From contig CM082588.2 of the NCBI GenBank assembly GCA_040954595.2, positions 9,842,844 to 9,906,843 of the forward strand: 64,000 nt of DNA, in the 5' to 3' direction. The stretch comes from Balanoglossus misakiensis. Taxonomy: Eukaryota > Animalia > Hemichordata. Shown here one piece after another: positions 49,501 to 61,205 of this stretch; positions within the stretch are counted from its first letter, which is position 1, and the number at the start of each line of letters is the position of its first letter. Made by a program: the position numbers and the translations under genes. A model generated the notes under the pieces. The model searched no databases and was not told the origin of the DNA. It saw nothing but the letters and a program-made list of their open reading frames with translations.

Positions 49501-52500
49501 AATTACTCTGGAACTGTCGTCTGGCATGTTGTAGTCTCTCTCCCTATATACACATCGCCCCATTGGATAACATTATGCACGCGTTAGCGAAAGAACACTT
49601 TGTCAACCAATCAGCGCTCGATTCTGTGAGAGTGTGGGATCAATTTGTTCTCACACTCAGATCTCAAACTCCAATCGTGGCAGGAGTGTGAGAAAGTAGT
49701 ATATTGGCTGTCAATATGTAACACACCAGTATTCAAGAATGTAGACAGTGTGTTTGTCAATACAGCCAAGCAATACATCATTTGAATATTCATGTGTATA
49801 ATCCAGTGGTTTTTCTCATGACAGGTTTAACACTGACACTGAGAGACATAGGCACAGCAAAGAGAGTGACCTTCTATGGACCACCTAGATTGGTATGTAC
49901 ATTTCAACTCTTTTCACTATTGGCTGTACTATACATGCTACTTTAGTTGCATCTTTGCCACTAAAGAGATACCTATGGGGGCCCGTTCTGGTCAAAATTG
50001 TAGTTTATTAATAAAACGTGTTAGAATTAATTTTATAGAGCCTGGAATTAATTTTACCAGTATGTAGAATTATTTTTTATGTGCTTTAATTATTTTTTGT
50101 TGTCATGCAGAATTAATTTTATGTGTTCTAAATAATTATTTTAGCTTATCTTTGTTAGAAATAATTTTGCCAACAATATCCCAAATTATTTTTACGTGTA
50201 CAATCGAATTAATTACAGGTGTAGTGTCGAATTAATTACAGGTGTAGTGTCGAATTAATTTTACGTGTTGTGTCATGTTTCCAAGATGGCAGTAAAGACA
50301 AACCTTCCCTATAGCATGTTCCGGTAGCATGCATCAGGATGTGTGCTCCATGCTGAAAGTGAATTTTTTGTTAGATACCTTAACATCTTTCATTGAATGT
50401 TTAATGTAGTCTGCCTGCAGTTGACAAGAATCTAATTAGTCAAACACAAAAGAGAACTTTTCTAAAATACAATAATTATGAAGAAAGGTACAAAGATAGA
50501 GAGTGTGACTTAAATTGCTAATCTCATATACAGTCAATTCAAATTACAGGTTGTTATTTTCATTCCTGACACACTTCCTAATAGACCCCTTAACTTCTCC
50601 CGATTAGAACATGGTTATCATAGTCAGTCAAGAGATAACAATATTCTTCATTCTCCAAAATATAACAATCGGTTAGGTCAGATTTTAATCAAATTTGTTG
50701 GTCCAACACTGTGGAATAGCATTCCAGAAAGAATAAAAAAATATTCACCCTTGTTACAATGTACAAATGAAATAAAATGTTACTTGTTACTTGGTTTATA
50801 ATATTTCATTGACCCAAGTTTAATAAAAATGACAACAGACATTGATTTGATTACAAATACCTGTGGCTAATAGAATCTCACACTCCCAAGGACCTGGGAT
50901 CGTATTTCTCACATGACTTGAGGATTTTCTGTCCCACTCTTGCCGCAGGCGAGTGTGGGACAAAATATCCCTGACGAGTGTGAGAAATATGATCCCAGGT
51001 CCTTGGTGTGTGAGATTATATTTCTCACATGGTCACAAATTAGACATATTCGTTAAAAATGTTGAATAAATTACTCTGGAACTGTCGTCTGGCATGTTGT
51101 AGTCTCTCTCCCTATATACACATCGCCCCATTGGATAACATTATGCACGCGTTAGCGAAAGAACACTTTGTCAACCAATCAGCGCTCGATTCTGTGAGAG
51201 TGTGGGATCAATTTGTTCTCACACTCAGATCTCAAACTCCAATCGTGGCAGGAGTGTGAGAAAGTAGTATATTGGCTGTCAATATGTAACACACCAGTAT
51301 TCAAGAATGTAGACAGTGTGTTTGTCAATACAGCCAAGCAATACATCATTTGAATATTCATGTGTATAATCCAGTGGTTTTTCTCATGACAGGTTTAACA
51401 CTGACACTGAGAGACATAGGCACAGCAAAGAGAGTGACCTTCTATGGACCACCTAGATTGGTATGTACATTTCAACTCTTTTCACTATTGGCTGTACTAT
51501 ACATGCTACTTTAGTTGCATCTTTGCCACTAAAGAGATACCTATGGGGGCCCGTTCTGGTCAAAATTGTAGTTTATTAATAAAACGTGTTAGAATTAATT
51601 TTATAGAGCCTGGAATTAATTTTACCAGTATGTAGAATTATTTTTTATGTGCTTTAATTATTTTTTGTTGTCATGCAGAATTAATTTTATGTGTTCTAAA
51701 TAATTATTTTAGCTTATCTTTGTTAGAAATAATTTTGCCAACAATATCCCAAATTATTTTTACGTGTACAATCGAATTAATTACAGGTGTAGTGTCGAAT
51801 TAATTACAGGTGTAGTGTCGAATTAATTTTACGTGTTGTGTCATGTTTCCAAGATGGCAGTAAAGACAAACCTTCCCTATAGCATGTTCCGGTAGCATGC
51901 ATCAGGATGTGTGCTCCATGCTGAAAGTGAATTTTTTGTTAGATACCTTAACATCTTTCATTGAATGTTTAATGTAGTCTGCCTGCAGTTGACAAGAATC
52001 TAATTAGTCAAACACAAAAGAGAACTTTTCTAAAATACAATAATTATGAAGAAAGGTACAAAGATAGAGAGTGTGACTTAAATTGCTAATCTCATATACA
52101 GTCAATTCAAATTACAGGTTGTTATTTTCATTCCTGACACACTTCCTAATAGACCCCTTAACTTCTCCCGATTAGAACATGGTTATCATAGTCAGTCAAG
52201 AGATAACAATATTCTTCATTCTCCAAAATATAACAATCGGTTAGGTCAGATTTTAATCAAATTTGTTGGTCCAACACTGTGGAATAGCATTCCAGAAAGA
52301 ATAAAAAAATATTCACCCTTGTTACAATGTACAAATGAAATAAAATGTTACTTGTTACTTGGTTTATAATATTTCATTGACCCAAGTTTAATAAAAATGA
52401 CAACAGACATTGATTTGATTACAAATACCTGTGGCTAATAGAATCTCACACTCCCAAGGACCTGGGATCGTATTTCTCACATGACTTGAGGATTTTCTGT

Positions 52501-53169
52501 CCCACTCTTGCCGCATATCCCCGACGAGTGTGAGTAATATTTCTCACACGGTCACAAATAAGCCAAATTCATTAAAAACATTGAATAAATAATTCAGGAA
52601 CTATCATCTGGCACGTTGTAGTCTCTGTCCTTATAATACACATCGCGCCATTGGATAAATTTAGTGCAACTTAGCAAAAGAACGCTTTGTCAACCTATCA
52701 TATAAAGCTTTCATTTCAGTGAGAGTGTGGGATCGATTTGTTCTCACACTCCGATCTCAAACTCCAATCGTGCCAGGAGAGATACCTATGGGGGCAAAGA
52801 TTTTTAATTTTACTAATTATTCCTGCGATCTGCCTTGGATTTCATCCTGACCCCCATCTCTCGGGAAGTGCACAACCTCCCTCACATTTCGGCCTGTCAG
52901 GATGGATTCACCCACAGGGCCAGGTTTGACTGCTTGACTGAAGGGGCACCCTCCCATTTTTAGACTAGTATGTTTTTTCTAGTATAGCTGGTTTAGCGAG
53001 CTTTAGTTTTTATTGTCCATTTATTGGCCCTTGCGTTTTCTCTGTAATTTATTAAGTTTTGTTAAGCGAGTTTCTTGTTCGGGTATTAAAAGCCTTACTT
53101 TTACCTCAATCCAGTGTGGTGTGTTTCACTATCTATTTAAATTACAGGGTTAAGAAATCTAAAAAATCA

Positions 53170-53360
53170 ACATGGTAAAACTACACACTACAAAAATTGG
53201 TTTTCAAAAAATAAAAAGCTACACTACAAATATAAACACCACAACTTGCTCCTCTACAAAAAATGTTTTTCCAATATAAAAAAACTACACTACAAACTTG
53301 CTACTCTACAATTTTTTTCCAATATAAAAAACTACACTACAAACTTCCTACTCTACTACA
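53170..53360. repeat. Imperfect short tandem repeat (AAAACTACACTACAAACTT..., ~45 bp)
   Basis: TTTTCCAATATAAAAAACTACACTACAAACTT recurs; ACACTACAAA occurs four times. Confidence 0.6.
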
Positions 53361-54909
53361 CTCTGTTTTTATTTAAGACAGCCCGTTTGCATGTGGCGCA
53401 TTTCGCGTTGACATCTTCAGTTTGTTGACACCAAATACTAAAAAAGAGAAGAATAAACACATATCAGTTACACCATGCAGTAATAAGGAGAAGATTGCCA
53501 AGCATAATTGTTACATATGCAGTTGCCCAATACGAGTAATTTCCACCAACCGGAAGTCACACAATTCAACTAAAATTCAGGAAAAAAAACTTAATATCAT
53601 TCAGGTACAAAAACTGTTGACCTAACTGATAAATTTCATTGAGTGTATTTGTAGTAGATGGTCAGAACAAATAAAATGAAATGTATAAGGATGAGATGCA
53701 CCTTTATAATGATATTTATTTTGAATCCAGTGAATATGGGATAGCCAATCAAAGAATTTCACTCCAGGGACATGCAAAAAATGTTATTATCATAGAATAC
53801 AATCATTTAGACATTTTAAAGAAACCTTTTACTTACAAGTCAGTGCCGTTACAACATGCTGGTAGGGTGTTCCAATAAATGCGCTGGTATTCTTCCCGCT
53901 TAGTTGTTCGGGTTCAAACAACCCATCCATCAGCTTTTTTATGACGTAAGATGGCGGCTTGTTCTTAGTACTCACAAAATTCAATCCCCACTTACTTACA
54001 AAGAGAAGGCTAAATGATTGCATTCAGAATAAACATGACCTATGTCAAAAAATTCATTGAGAAAAAAAATGTTTCCCTGTTAAAAGCAACAAATTTACAT
54101 AATTAAACTGTGTATTAAAATGCAAGCATGGGATAACATGAGGTACTAAAGAGAAGGGGTGTATTATGCATGTATATACTGACGTGGACTGGGGGGATGC
54201 AGAAGTGTGAGCGATGGCGTGCTTACATGAAGAACTGACACTTACATAGTTTGCCTTGGGAATGATTAACCCTCGTTTGGGCGTGTAATGACTATCCTCA
54301 GTGAAGCCTTTTGATGCACAGGTGTGTACACAGCACTGGCGTGTTTTCTCAGCTTCTGCAAAATAATAGTAACAAATTGAGTCGCACAAATGCACCCACT
54401 ATTTCTTGCTATTTCATATTTCATTCAAATGTCTGCAACAACATATACTGTGCACATAACAGCCCCCCCCCCCCCATGCACTGTTCCAATTACAAGACCT
54501 ACCCCAATTCTTACTGGCACCATGGACTTATACCACTTATACAATGATGCAACAGGCTTATCTTTTTATAGACACCTAACATTAGAATGACCTTGTATGT
54601 ATACCACTCTATTCTGACAAAAATGCAAGTTAATCAACATCACATATAAAATAATATAATATGAATAGAATAAAACCGATTCACAAAATATCAAATAGCT
54701 ACTTGTTAGGCATTTGATTTTAAGTTGGATGGTGTTTGTGTATTGCAGAGGGATGTTTGTGTGCAGTAATCACGCTGTACATACCATGCAAGCTCTTAAG
54801 TTTGGCATACTATCACTCAAATATGACGCGTTATCGACCAAACTTAGTGTAATAACCCTTAAGTAACACCCTCTTATTTTAAAGAACACTCATTATTGAA
54901 GCCCATTAA

Positions 54910-54992
54910 CCCTCACAACCAAGGTTCAGTCCAAACCCATTGTTATCTATGAAAAGGTTCAACCTGTATAGAAGGAACTGGGGGTGAAAGGG
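54910..54992. mobile_element. Tiny piggyBac-type MITE (83 bp)
   Basis: TTAA|CCCTCACAACC...GGGGTGAAAGGG|TTAA. Confidence 0.55.
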
Positions 54993-55156
54993 TTAAAGGG
55001 ACAAAGTCTCAGTTTTGTCCTTTGACTCACTTGCTCTTATTAGAGGTTTCTACCTTTAAATGTTTCATGAAATGTTTAATCAAATCTGTCTACAATCGGA
55101 GTAGACATTGTTTACATACACCTTTTGTTAAATGATTGTTCTGTGCTGTATTTCAG

Positions 55157-55255
55157 ATTGTTGTCAGGAGCAGGTGAGAAATACAGTATGATATCTGAAG
55201 GTCTGAGTACTGCATTGCAGTTATTTGATGATATGAAGACTTTGCGATATTCAAG
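55157..55255 (+). pseudogene. MED25: MED25-like VWA-domain exon (orphan, 99 bp, phase 2-2)
   Basis: TTTCAG|...|GTAAT. Translates [30 protein letters not shown], matching the MED25 segment I recall as [25 protein letters not shown]. Neighbouring VWA exons are not visible. Confidence 0.8.
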
Positions 55256-55405
55256 GTAATTATGGTAAAATTGTGAGGCTAAAGATCATTCTCTAAATTT
55301 ATGGGCCCCACTTTTTGAGGTGGTTTATCTGTTTATGTAAAGCTCACCATGTCAACCAGGAAATGATTCCATACCTACAGTGGAGTACAACTGACGTGTG
55401 AAGTA

Positions 55406-55929
55406 CATTGAAACGTGCCAAGTAAGGGCACCTCTGGGACCACACAACATGTCCTTTAAGGGATACAGGCTCTCTCTCCCGCTCGCTGCCCCTTATTCCA
55501 TTAATTTTATTTGATACAAGACACCATTTATGTTATTATACATGTGGATATATAGTGAATCAACATTCAACCACACACAAAGTCTATCCTGCTTGTGGAC
55601 ATGAGAGTGAAAAAACTTGCCAAAATAAATAATCATTCTCTACCATTTATTCGTTTTGGGTGAGTTTTTACTCCCATATCATACATGCGGGATGGAAGTT
55701 GTGTATGGTTTAAAGTTCATTCACTACATATACACATGTACATTAACATAAACAGTGTCTTGTATCAAACATTATTAATGGAACAAGGGCAGCGAAAGAG
55801 AGACTTTGTCCCTTTAATAGAGAGGTGTCCTTAATAGAAATGTGCATGTAATATTCTATTCAAGCCATTACTTTTGTCTTGAACAATGTGTCCTGATTAG
55901 AGAGATGTCTGTATTGATAGGTTTCACTG
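55406..55929. mobile_element. Tc1/mariner-type (TA TSD) MITE containing a second AGGGAC/TTAA MITE copy at ~55459-55813
   Basis: TA|CATTGAAAC...GTTTCACTG|TA; the inner element is homologous to 39874-40220 and ends GACTTTGTCCCT|TTAA. Confidence 0.65.
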
Positions 55930-56951
55930 TATTATCAACATTTTCAGTTTCATAATCCTTCTGTGTTTGCCAGAGAATTTTGACAGCAGTCAAAAGCTTT
56001 CTCTGCCATACCCACAATAAAAGAAAGCTTGCACCTGTGTTTTACTGTTTTCAAAGGGGAAATCTGGTCCAGCTGATTTCTACATAATTTGGTAGCTTTG
56101 AGGTCACTCTTTCAGAAAAAAAAAACATATTCGTCAAGTATAAGTCGTCAGGTATTTTACAAAATCGAGGGAAAGTTGGCAGAATTTATAATATGGCCTT
56201 AACTGTAATTTGAATCATGGGAAAAAAAGCGCCAGGACCAACTTCCATCCACCTTGGTGTGGGTGATACCATTTTCCAATGGGTGTAACTGCGTGACGGC
56301 TTGGGTATCTGTTGCTGAGCAAATATTTGAAATCATACAATCCAGATTCTAAAGTTCACAGGACAAATATACAACATGTTTACATGGCCATTTACAACCA
56401 ATTCATCCTATTGTGGTGATGTACAAAACCTTTTTTGTGGTTTGTTAAAGTTTTCATTACTCTAAATGGGTACTTCCATAAAATGGTAGTAATATATTTA
56501 TTAATATTTATTACACATCACATATTATTACTCGCTCTGGCTTTTTTGTCAAATTTTCAAATAAAAAAGGCAGTTATTACTTTGATGGGACCAAGAAAAG
56601 ATTTTGCCATAGGATATCAAAAGGACACTTTCATTGTTTTTATGAAATGTTGTTTTTCTGTTCTATAAAAGATGAAAATTGTTCTACTCCATTTTTGGGT
56701 CAAAAAATATTTTCATCAGATTGGTTTGAGGGTTAGATGTTGTAGCTAATAGTGTAAAGGCCATGATTGTTTTTGTTCACAAATATATTCAATTACAATG
56801 TATCATTATTATGCAGTTTTACCAATGTTGAGAGGCTTTCCTTGTCAACTGGCCTGTGTGTATGCATCAAATCCTTCATGTAAAAGGTCAAATCAGAAAG
56901 TATTTCTAACAATGATTAGACTAAACTAGGAGACTTTTGAGGAGAGTTTGA

Positions 56952-57100
56952 GGAGACATCATGGCCTTGTGGTGAGGGCACAGGGTTGTGGGTTCAAGAA
57001 CAAGACCTGGACATGGCCGTGGGTTTTCTATCTGAGGATGGTGACTTCATGACCGCGATATTGTGCCCTTGAGCGCAGCACTTTACCTCTCATTGTTTTG
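56952..57100 (+). mobile_element. Decayed tRNA-derived SINE head
   Basis: A-box-like TGGCCTTGTGG, B-box-like GGTTCAAGAAC, then GTGCCCTTGAGC..GCACTTTACCTCTCATTG core. Confidence 0.55.
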
Positions 57101-57192
57101 GAGGAACTGGCTTTGTATACTAGTGATCTGCACCTGTTCCAGTCATTCTATCCTAGGTAGACATATTTTCTTTGTTTGCAATAGATGAATTA

Positions 57193-57382
57193 CTGTCAAA
57201 CAGGAAATTATTGTGAACTTCGCGAGAACCAAAAAATGCAAATTAAAAGTCACGTAAAAATGTTTTTCAGGGATATTGGTGCAGTTAGTGAAATATAAGA
57301 AAGCAAAATTTAAGTGTAGCATAACAGTTGTCTCTATTGATATTGCAAACATTTCCAGTCACAGAAATTTCCCGTTTTACAG
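57193..57382. mobile_element. TA-flanked MITE
   Basis: TA|CTGTCAAACAGGAAATT...AATTTCCCGTTTTACAG|TA. Confidence 0.6.
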
Positions 57383-57417
57383 TATATAAATAAATCAACT
57401 AAATATTTTTACTACAG

Positions 57418-58202
57418 GTGCCGCACCAACAAGTCATCTGTCACTTGGACAACCAAGTCAAATTGGAAGTCAGTCTCCACAACAACTGCCATCCTCTCAA
57501 CAGAAACTGACTCAACCAAGTCAGCCCCAGATGCAGGGCCAAGGTCAAAGGTCATCAATGTCTTTTGGTCAGCCTACCACTTAACCCAACCAACCAGTAT
57601 CCACTGTCACAGCAAACAGGACACAACAACCCAATGTGACTGTTTGAAGTATCCCCATGAGACAATTTTCATCCACCCAGGTACAGTTGTGGTCTACCTT
57701 CTACTTTATGAGATTTAAATTAGCTGTTTCTAGTTAACCATCCTGTGAATTGAAAGCTTTTTATGACTGTTTCACATAGCCTTGTCTAACCATTATCTTT
57801 ACAGTAGACTATTGTTTCAAAACAAATTCAAAACTTCTGTTTTGGTTGCTAGAAACCCACTCTGTAAATGCTAAGACTTTTTTGGATAATGCCACAGACT
57901 CAGTAATCAAATTCAATTTTTAATGTGATTAATGTTGATAAGCCCTAAAACTCAACCCCATCCAAATGTGTGTTGAAAATAGGACTTTGAGAGTTGCAAG
58001 CTCAACATCGAATCAAAAATTGCAGTCATGAATTAAAAATGGGGTTTTGAATACTGGCCTTGATAATGCTCCATATTAACTAGGTTTGTTAATCTTTTTG
58101 GACAGGCAACTTCACCACCAAAGATGACTTCCCAGCATGCACCAGCTGCTGCACTGAAAGGCGTAGAAGGTGTCATGCAAATGGCAAATGCTTGTCAGTT
58201 CA
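57418..58202 (+). pseudogene. Two Q/P/S-rich pseudo-exons (57418-57680, 58106-58202), possibly the MED25 linker region
   Basis: AG/GT bounded with compatible phases (1-0, 0-1); the first has two in-frame stops (TAA, TGA); low-complexity sequence, so identity is uncertain. Confidence 0.45.
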
Positions 58203-58296
58203 GTAAGACGCCACCAATTGCTGATGTGAATTCTATCAACTCACAGCCACAGGAGAGATGGCCAGGTACAGATTCACAGACACAAAGAGGTAGGTA

Positions 58297-58629
58297 CAGT
58301 CAAACCTGTCTATACTGGCCAGACAGGGGACTTTCCTAACTGGCCTTTATAGAAAGGTGGCCTCTACAGTCAGGTCATTTAATGTGCAATGTGTAATATA
58401 TTGCTATATTATTGTGGGCTTATACCAGAGTGATTAGACGACACAGGACATGTGTGTACAAACTAGACAGCCATGCTGCTTTTTTATTGCCAACTGCACA
58501 TGCTCACTCGTTCAGCCTCGTACACTGCAAATTTATACATAACAGTAAATACCAATACATAACACAATGTATATGGACTGTAACAGAGTAGCCACTGTAT
58601 AGAGGTGGCACCTAACACGGGTTTGACTG
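58297..58629. mobile_element. Tc1/mariner(pogo)-type MITE
   Basis: TA|CAGTCAAACCTGT...ACGGGTTTGACTG|TA. Confidence 0.7.
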
Positions 58630-58879
58630 TAACATCTGTTATGTTGCCATGGCAGTCATTTACTGTTAATTTGATTATACAGAGGAAAAAATATTAGAGT
58701 TCCCTTTCTTATATTCTCATATCAGTGGCAGAGTACGCCAGTGTCACTGTAAAATTTTGTCGACATTTTTGCTAAGTTAGCTGTAGTAGCTGTTGGCTAT
58801 TTTTTCTGTATTTTTAATCCAAGGAATTAAAGTGAATTCAATGCTTATAAATAATTTCTAATTTCTTCTTACCCTCCAG

Positions 58880-59002
58880 ATATGAATGAATGTCACAGTG
58901 GTGGATATGCATGTCGACACTATTGTCAGAATACCCATGGTAGTTATCGCTGCACTTGCAGACCAGGATTCTATCTGCTGGATGATGGCCATGCATGTGC
59001 TG
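58880..59002 (+). CDS. Calcium-binding EGF-domain exon (intact, phase 1-1)
   Basis: CCAG|...|GTATGT; DMNECHSGGYACRHYCQNTHGSYRCTCRPGFYLLDDGHACA has six Cys and the cbEGF consensus. Confidence 0.85.
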
Positions 59003-59019
59003 GTATGTAACTGTGGATT

Positions 59020-59409
59020 TTGGTCTCTTCTGTGGCTACATTGTCTGGGGATTGTATATTGCTATGGTTACAATCAGCTAAACGTTGGTCTCTTCTGTGG
59101 CTACACTGTTTGGGGATTGCATATTGCTATGGTTACAATCAGCTAAACATTGGTCTCTTCTGTGGCTACATTGTTTGGGGATTGTATATTGCTATGGTTA
59201 CAATCAGCTAAACATTGGTCTCTTCTGTGGCTACATTGTTTGGGGATTGTATATTGCTATGGTTACAATCAGCTAAACATTGGTCTCTTCTGTGGCTATA
59301 CTGTTTGGGGATTGTATATTGCTATGGTTACAATCAGCTAAACATTGGTCTCTTCGATGGCTACTCTGTTTGGGGATTGTATATTGCTATGGTTACAATC
59401 AGCTAAACA
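59020..59409. repeat. 65-bp minisatellite, 6 copies
   Basis: TTGGTCTCTTCTGTGGCTACATTGTTTGGGGATTGTATATTGCTATGGTTACAATCAGCTAAACA repeated. Confidence 0.95.
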
Positions 59410-60024
59410 CACATCCTGTCTATCCATTGCACACATTTTAAAATTTGAAATCAACCGCACACTCGTACTGAACACATGTTTGTTGAAATTGTATCTCAGA
59501 ATTTTTCGAATTATAATTATGCATAATATAAACAAATTAACAAATGTGAAAACTTATCTTTGAAAATTTGTTTGCAAGTGTGAAAAAGTACTCTGTATTT
59601 TAAAAATCAGACAAAGTTTTGCTGACAGGGTACATGAGTTTCAGGGGATTTTGTTAAAATGAGAATGATAGAGAGTTAAATTCCTAGAAAGGGATCTCCA
59701 TGGATATTGAGGACTTTGGTGTAAAAACAATTAATTGATCAAGAAATATGTGGTTAAGAATATGTGTTATCAACCTCACACGATACTATAAGACTGTCTG
59801 ATATATTCATGTACAAGTATTTTCACTACTTATTTGCATAATTCAATGAAATTAGCATAAATTATCAACCTATAGCTAAATAAATTACCTCTGCAAAGAA
59901 TAAATATACACTTAGAAAATTCATATAGTTTTCATCTCATTTTAAAGACATTACAAAATGCTTCTCTGAGGGTACAGTAATTTTTAACGGGTATATTCTT
60001 GATAACTCATCACCATGAATGATC

Positions 60025-60341
60025 ATTTCAAAACTTAACAAGGCATATGGCTAAATAGGATTCAGTGTTTGTGCACCTTCTATCCACAATGCTGGATCTA
60101 TTGACAGTTTTCAACGGGGTTTAAAGACTCGTCTTTTTATTCAGCACTATTTCATTCCATTGTTTTTTTGGTTTATAGGGATTGTCTTTCAGAACTGTTT
60201 CTGTTTGTTTTGGGTTTTTAAGTGTAATTTTTTATCCTTTAAGCTTTCACTTGTTTTCTAATTTTATTATTTTCTGTAGAAGATGTATGTGTATTACATT
60301 TGTTAGAAAATAAATAATAATAAAATAAATAAATAATAATA
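60025..60341 (+). mobile_element. LINE (L2/CR1-like) 3' end with (TAAA)n tail
   Basis: Translates ...AYG*IGFSVCAP...SIDSFQRGLKTRLF, followed by a T-rich UTR and AATAAA repeats. Confidence 0.55.
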
Positions 60342-60358
60342 ACTATCTTTGATTTCAG

Positions 60359-60475
60359 ATGTCAATGAATATATGGAGAGAGCAGATCTTTGTGAAGGCC
60401 AGTGTGTGAATACAGCAGGCTCTTTTTATTTCACTTGTGCTGTGGAATATTGATTGGTCAATGGAGAGTGTACAG
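60359..60475 (+). pseudogene. Pseudogenised cbEGF exon
   Basis: TTTCAG|...|GTAAG; DVNEYMERADLCEGQCVNTAGSFYFTCAVEY*LVNGECT, with two Cys lost and an in-frame TGA. Confidence 0.8.
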
Positions 60476-60489
60476 GTAAGATCAACACA

Positions 60490-60858
60490 ATATAGAAATA
60501 ATGGACGACGCCATGACCATTAACGTTTGTTTATGGGCAAGGGCGAGGGGAAAGCCAAAAATTCATGGGCGAGGCTTCCGAGCCCATTAATTTTAGCTTA
60601 GCTAGAGCCCTGCATTTATTTCCATTACATTACCAACAATCTCAAGAAAACCGTCAATATTTCTGAAAATGTCCCACACACAAGACTAGGGGCCCCGGAA
60701 CTTGTGTTATGCAAAATGTTGTGTTCACTGAACTGTTTGCTAATATTACTATTCAGATTTACGGGCATGTAAACAAACCATTACTGGGTATTTGTGGTCA
60801 GTGATGTCGTTCATCTTGACCAATTAAAATGCGACGCACAGACCACGGTAATATAATA
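60490..60858. mobile_element. Non-autonomous Crypton-like element
   Basis: TATAGAAATAATGG start, internal hairpin (AATTCATGGGC...GCCCATTAATT), GACCAATTAAAATGCG...AATATAATA end. Confidence 0.4.
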
Positions 60859-61205
60859 TGTGGGCAACGAAAGGTCCTGTATCTGTAACTTTTGAATTTT
60901 TATTCAGTATTATTCTGGTTATCACCCATCATTTCTTGTTCAGCTCGGTGAAGCTGGGTAAGCAATGTTGTTATTGTTTAAACATTGTATTCAAGCCTGG
61001 GTCTGGACTTGGATGCAATTTGTCAATAATAACAGTGATTGGTAACTGCATGTTTACATAACTGGCTATCTGTTAAAGAGACCATTTGCTGTGTGTACAG
61101 TACACATGCCATTGGCAGCTTATGGGTCAGCCAGTGTTTGCCTGTTAATCTCTCGATGTGTGTTATTCTGTCTGTATAGTCAGATCGCACGGTACTCATT
61201 AACAT

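Larger units (their letters stand above)
45575..52794. repeat. Tandem macro-repeat, 1567-1568-bp unit, four full copies plus a degenerate fifth
   Basis: Unit starts TGTTTCCAAGATGGC at 45575, 47142, 48709, 50276 and 51844; the ORF track repeats at 46357, 47924, 49491 and 51059. Confidence 0.97.

Noticed and set aside
59020-59563. Repeated 63-aa ORFs
   Set aside because: Produced by the 65-bp intronic minisatellite, whose length is not a multiple of three.
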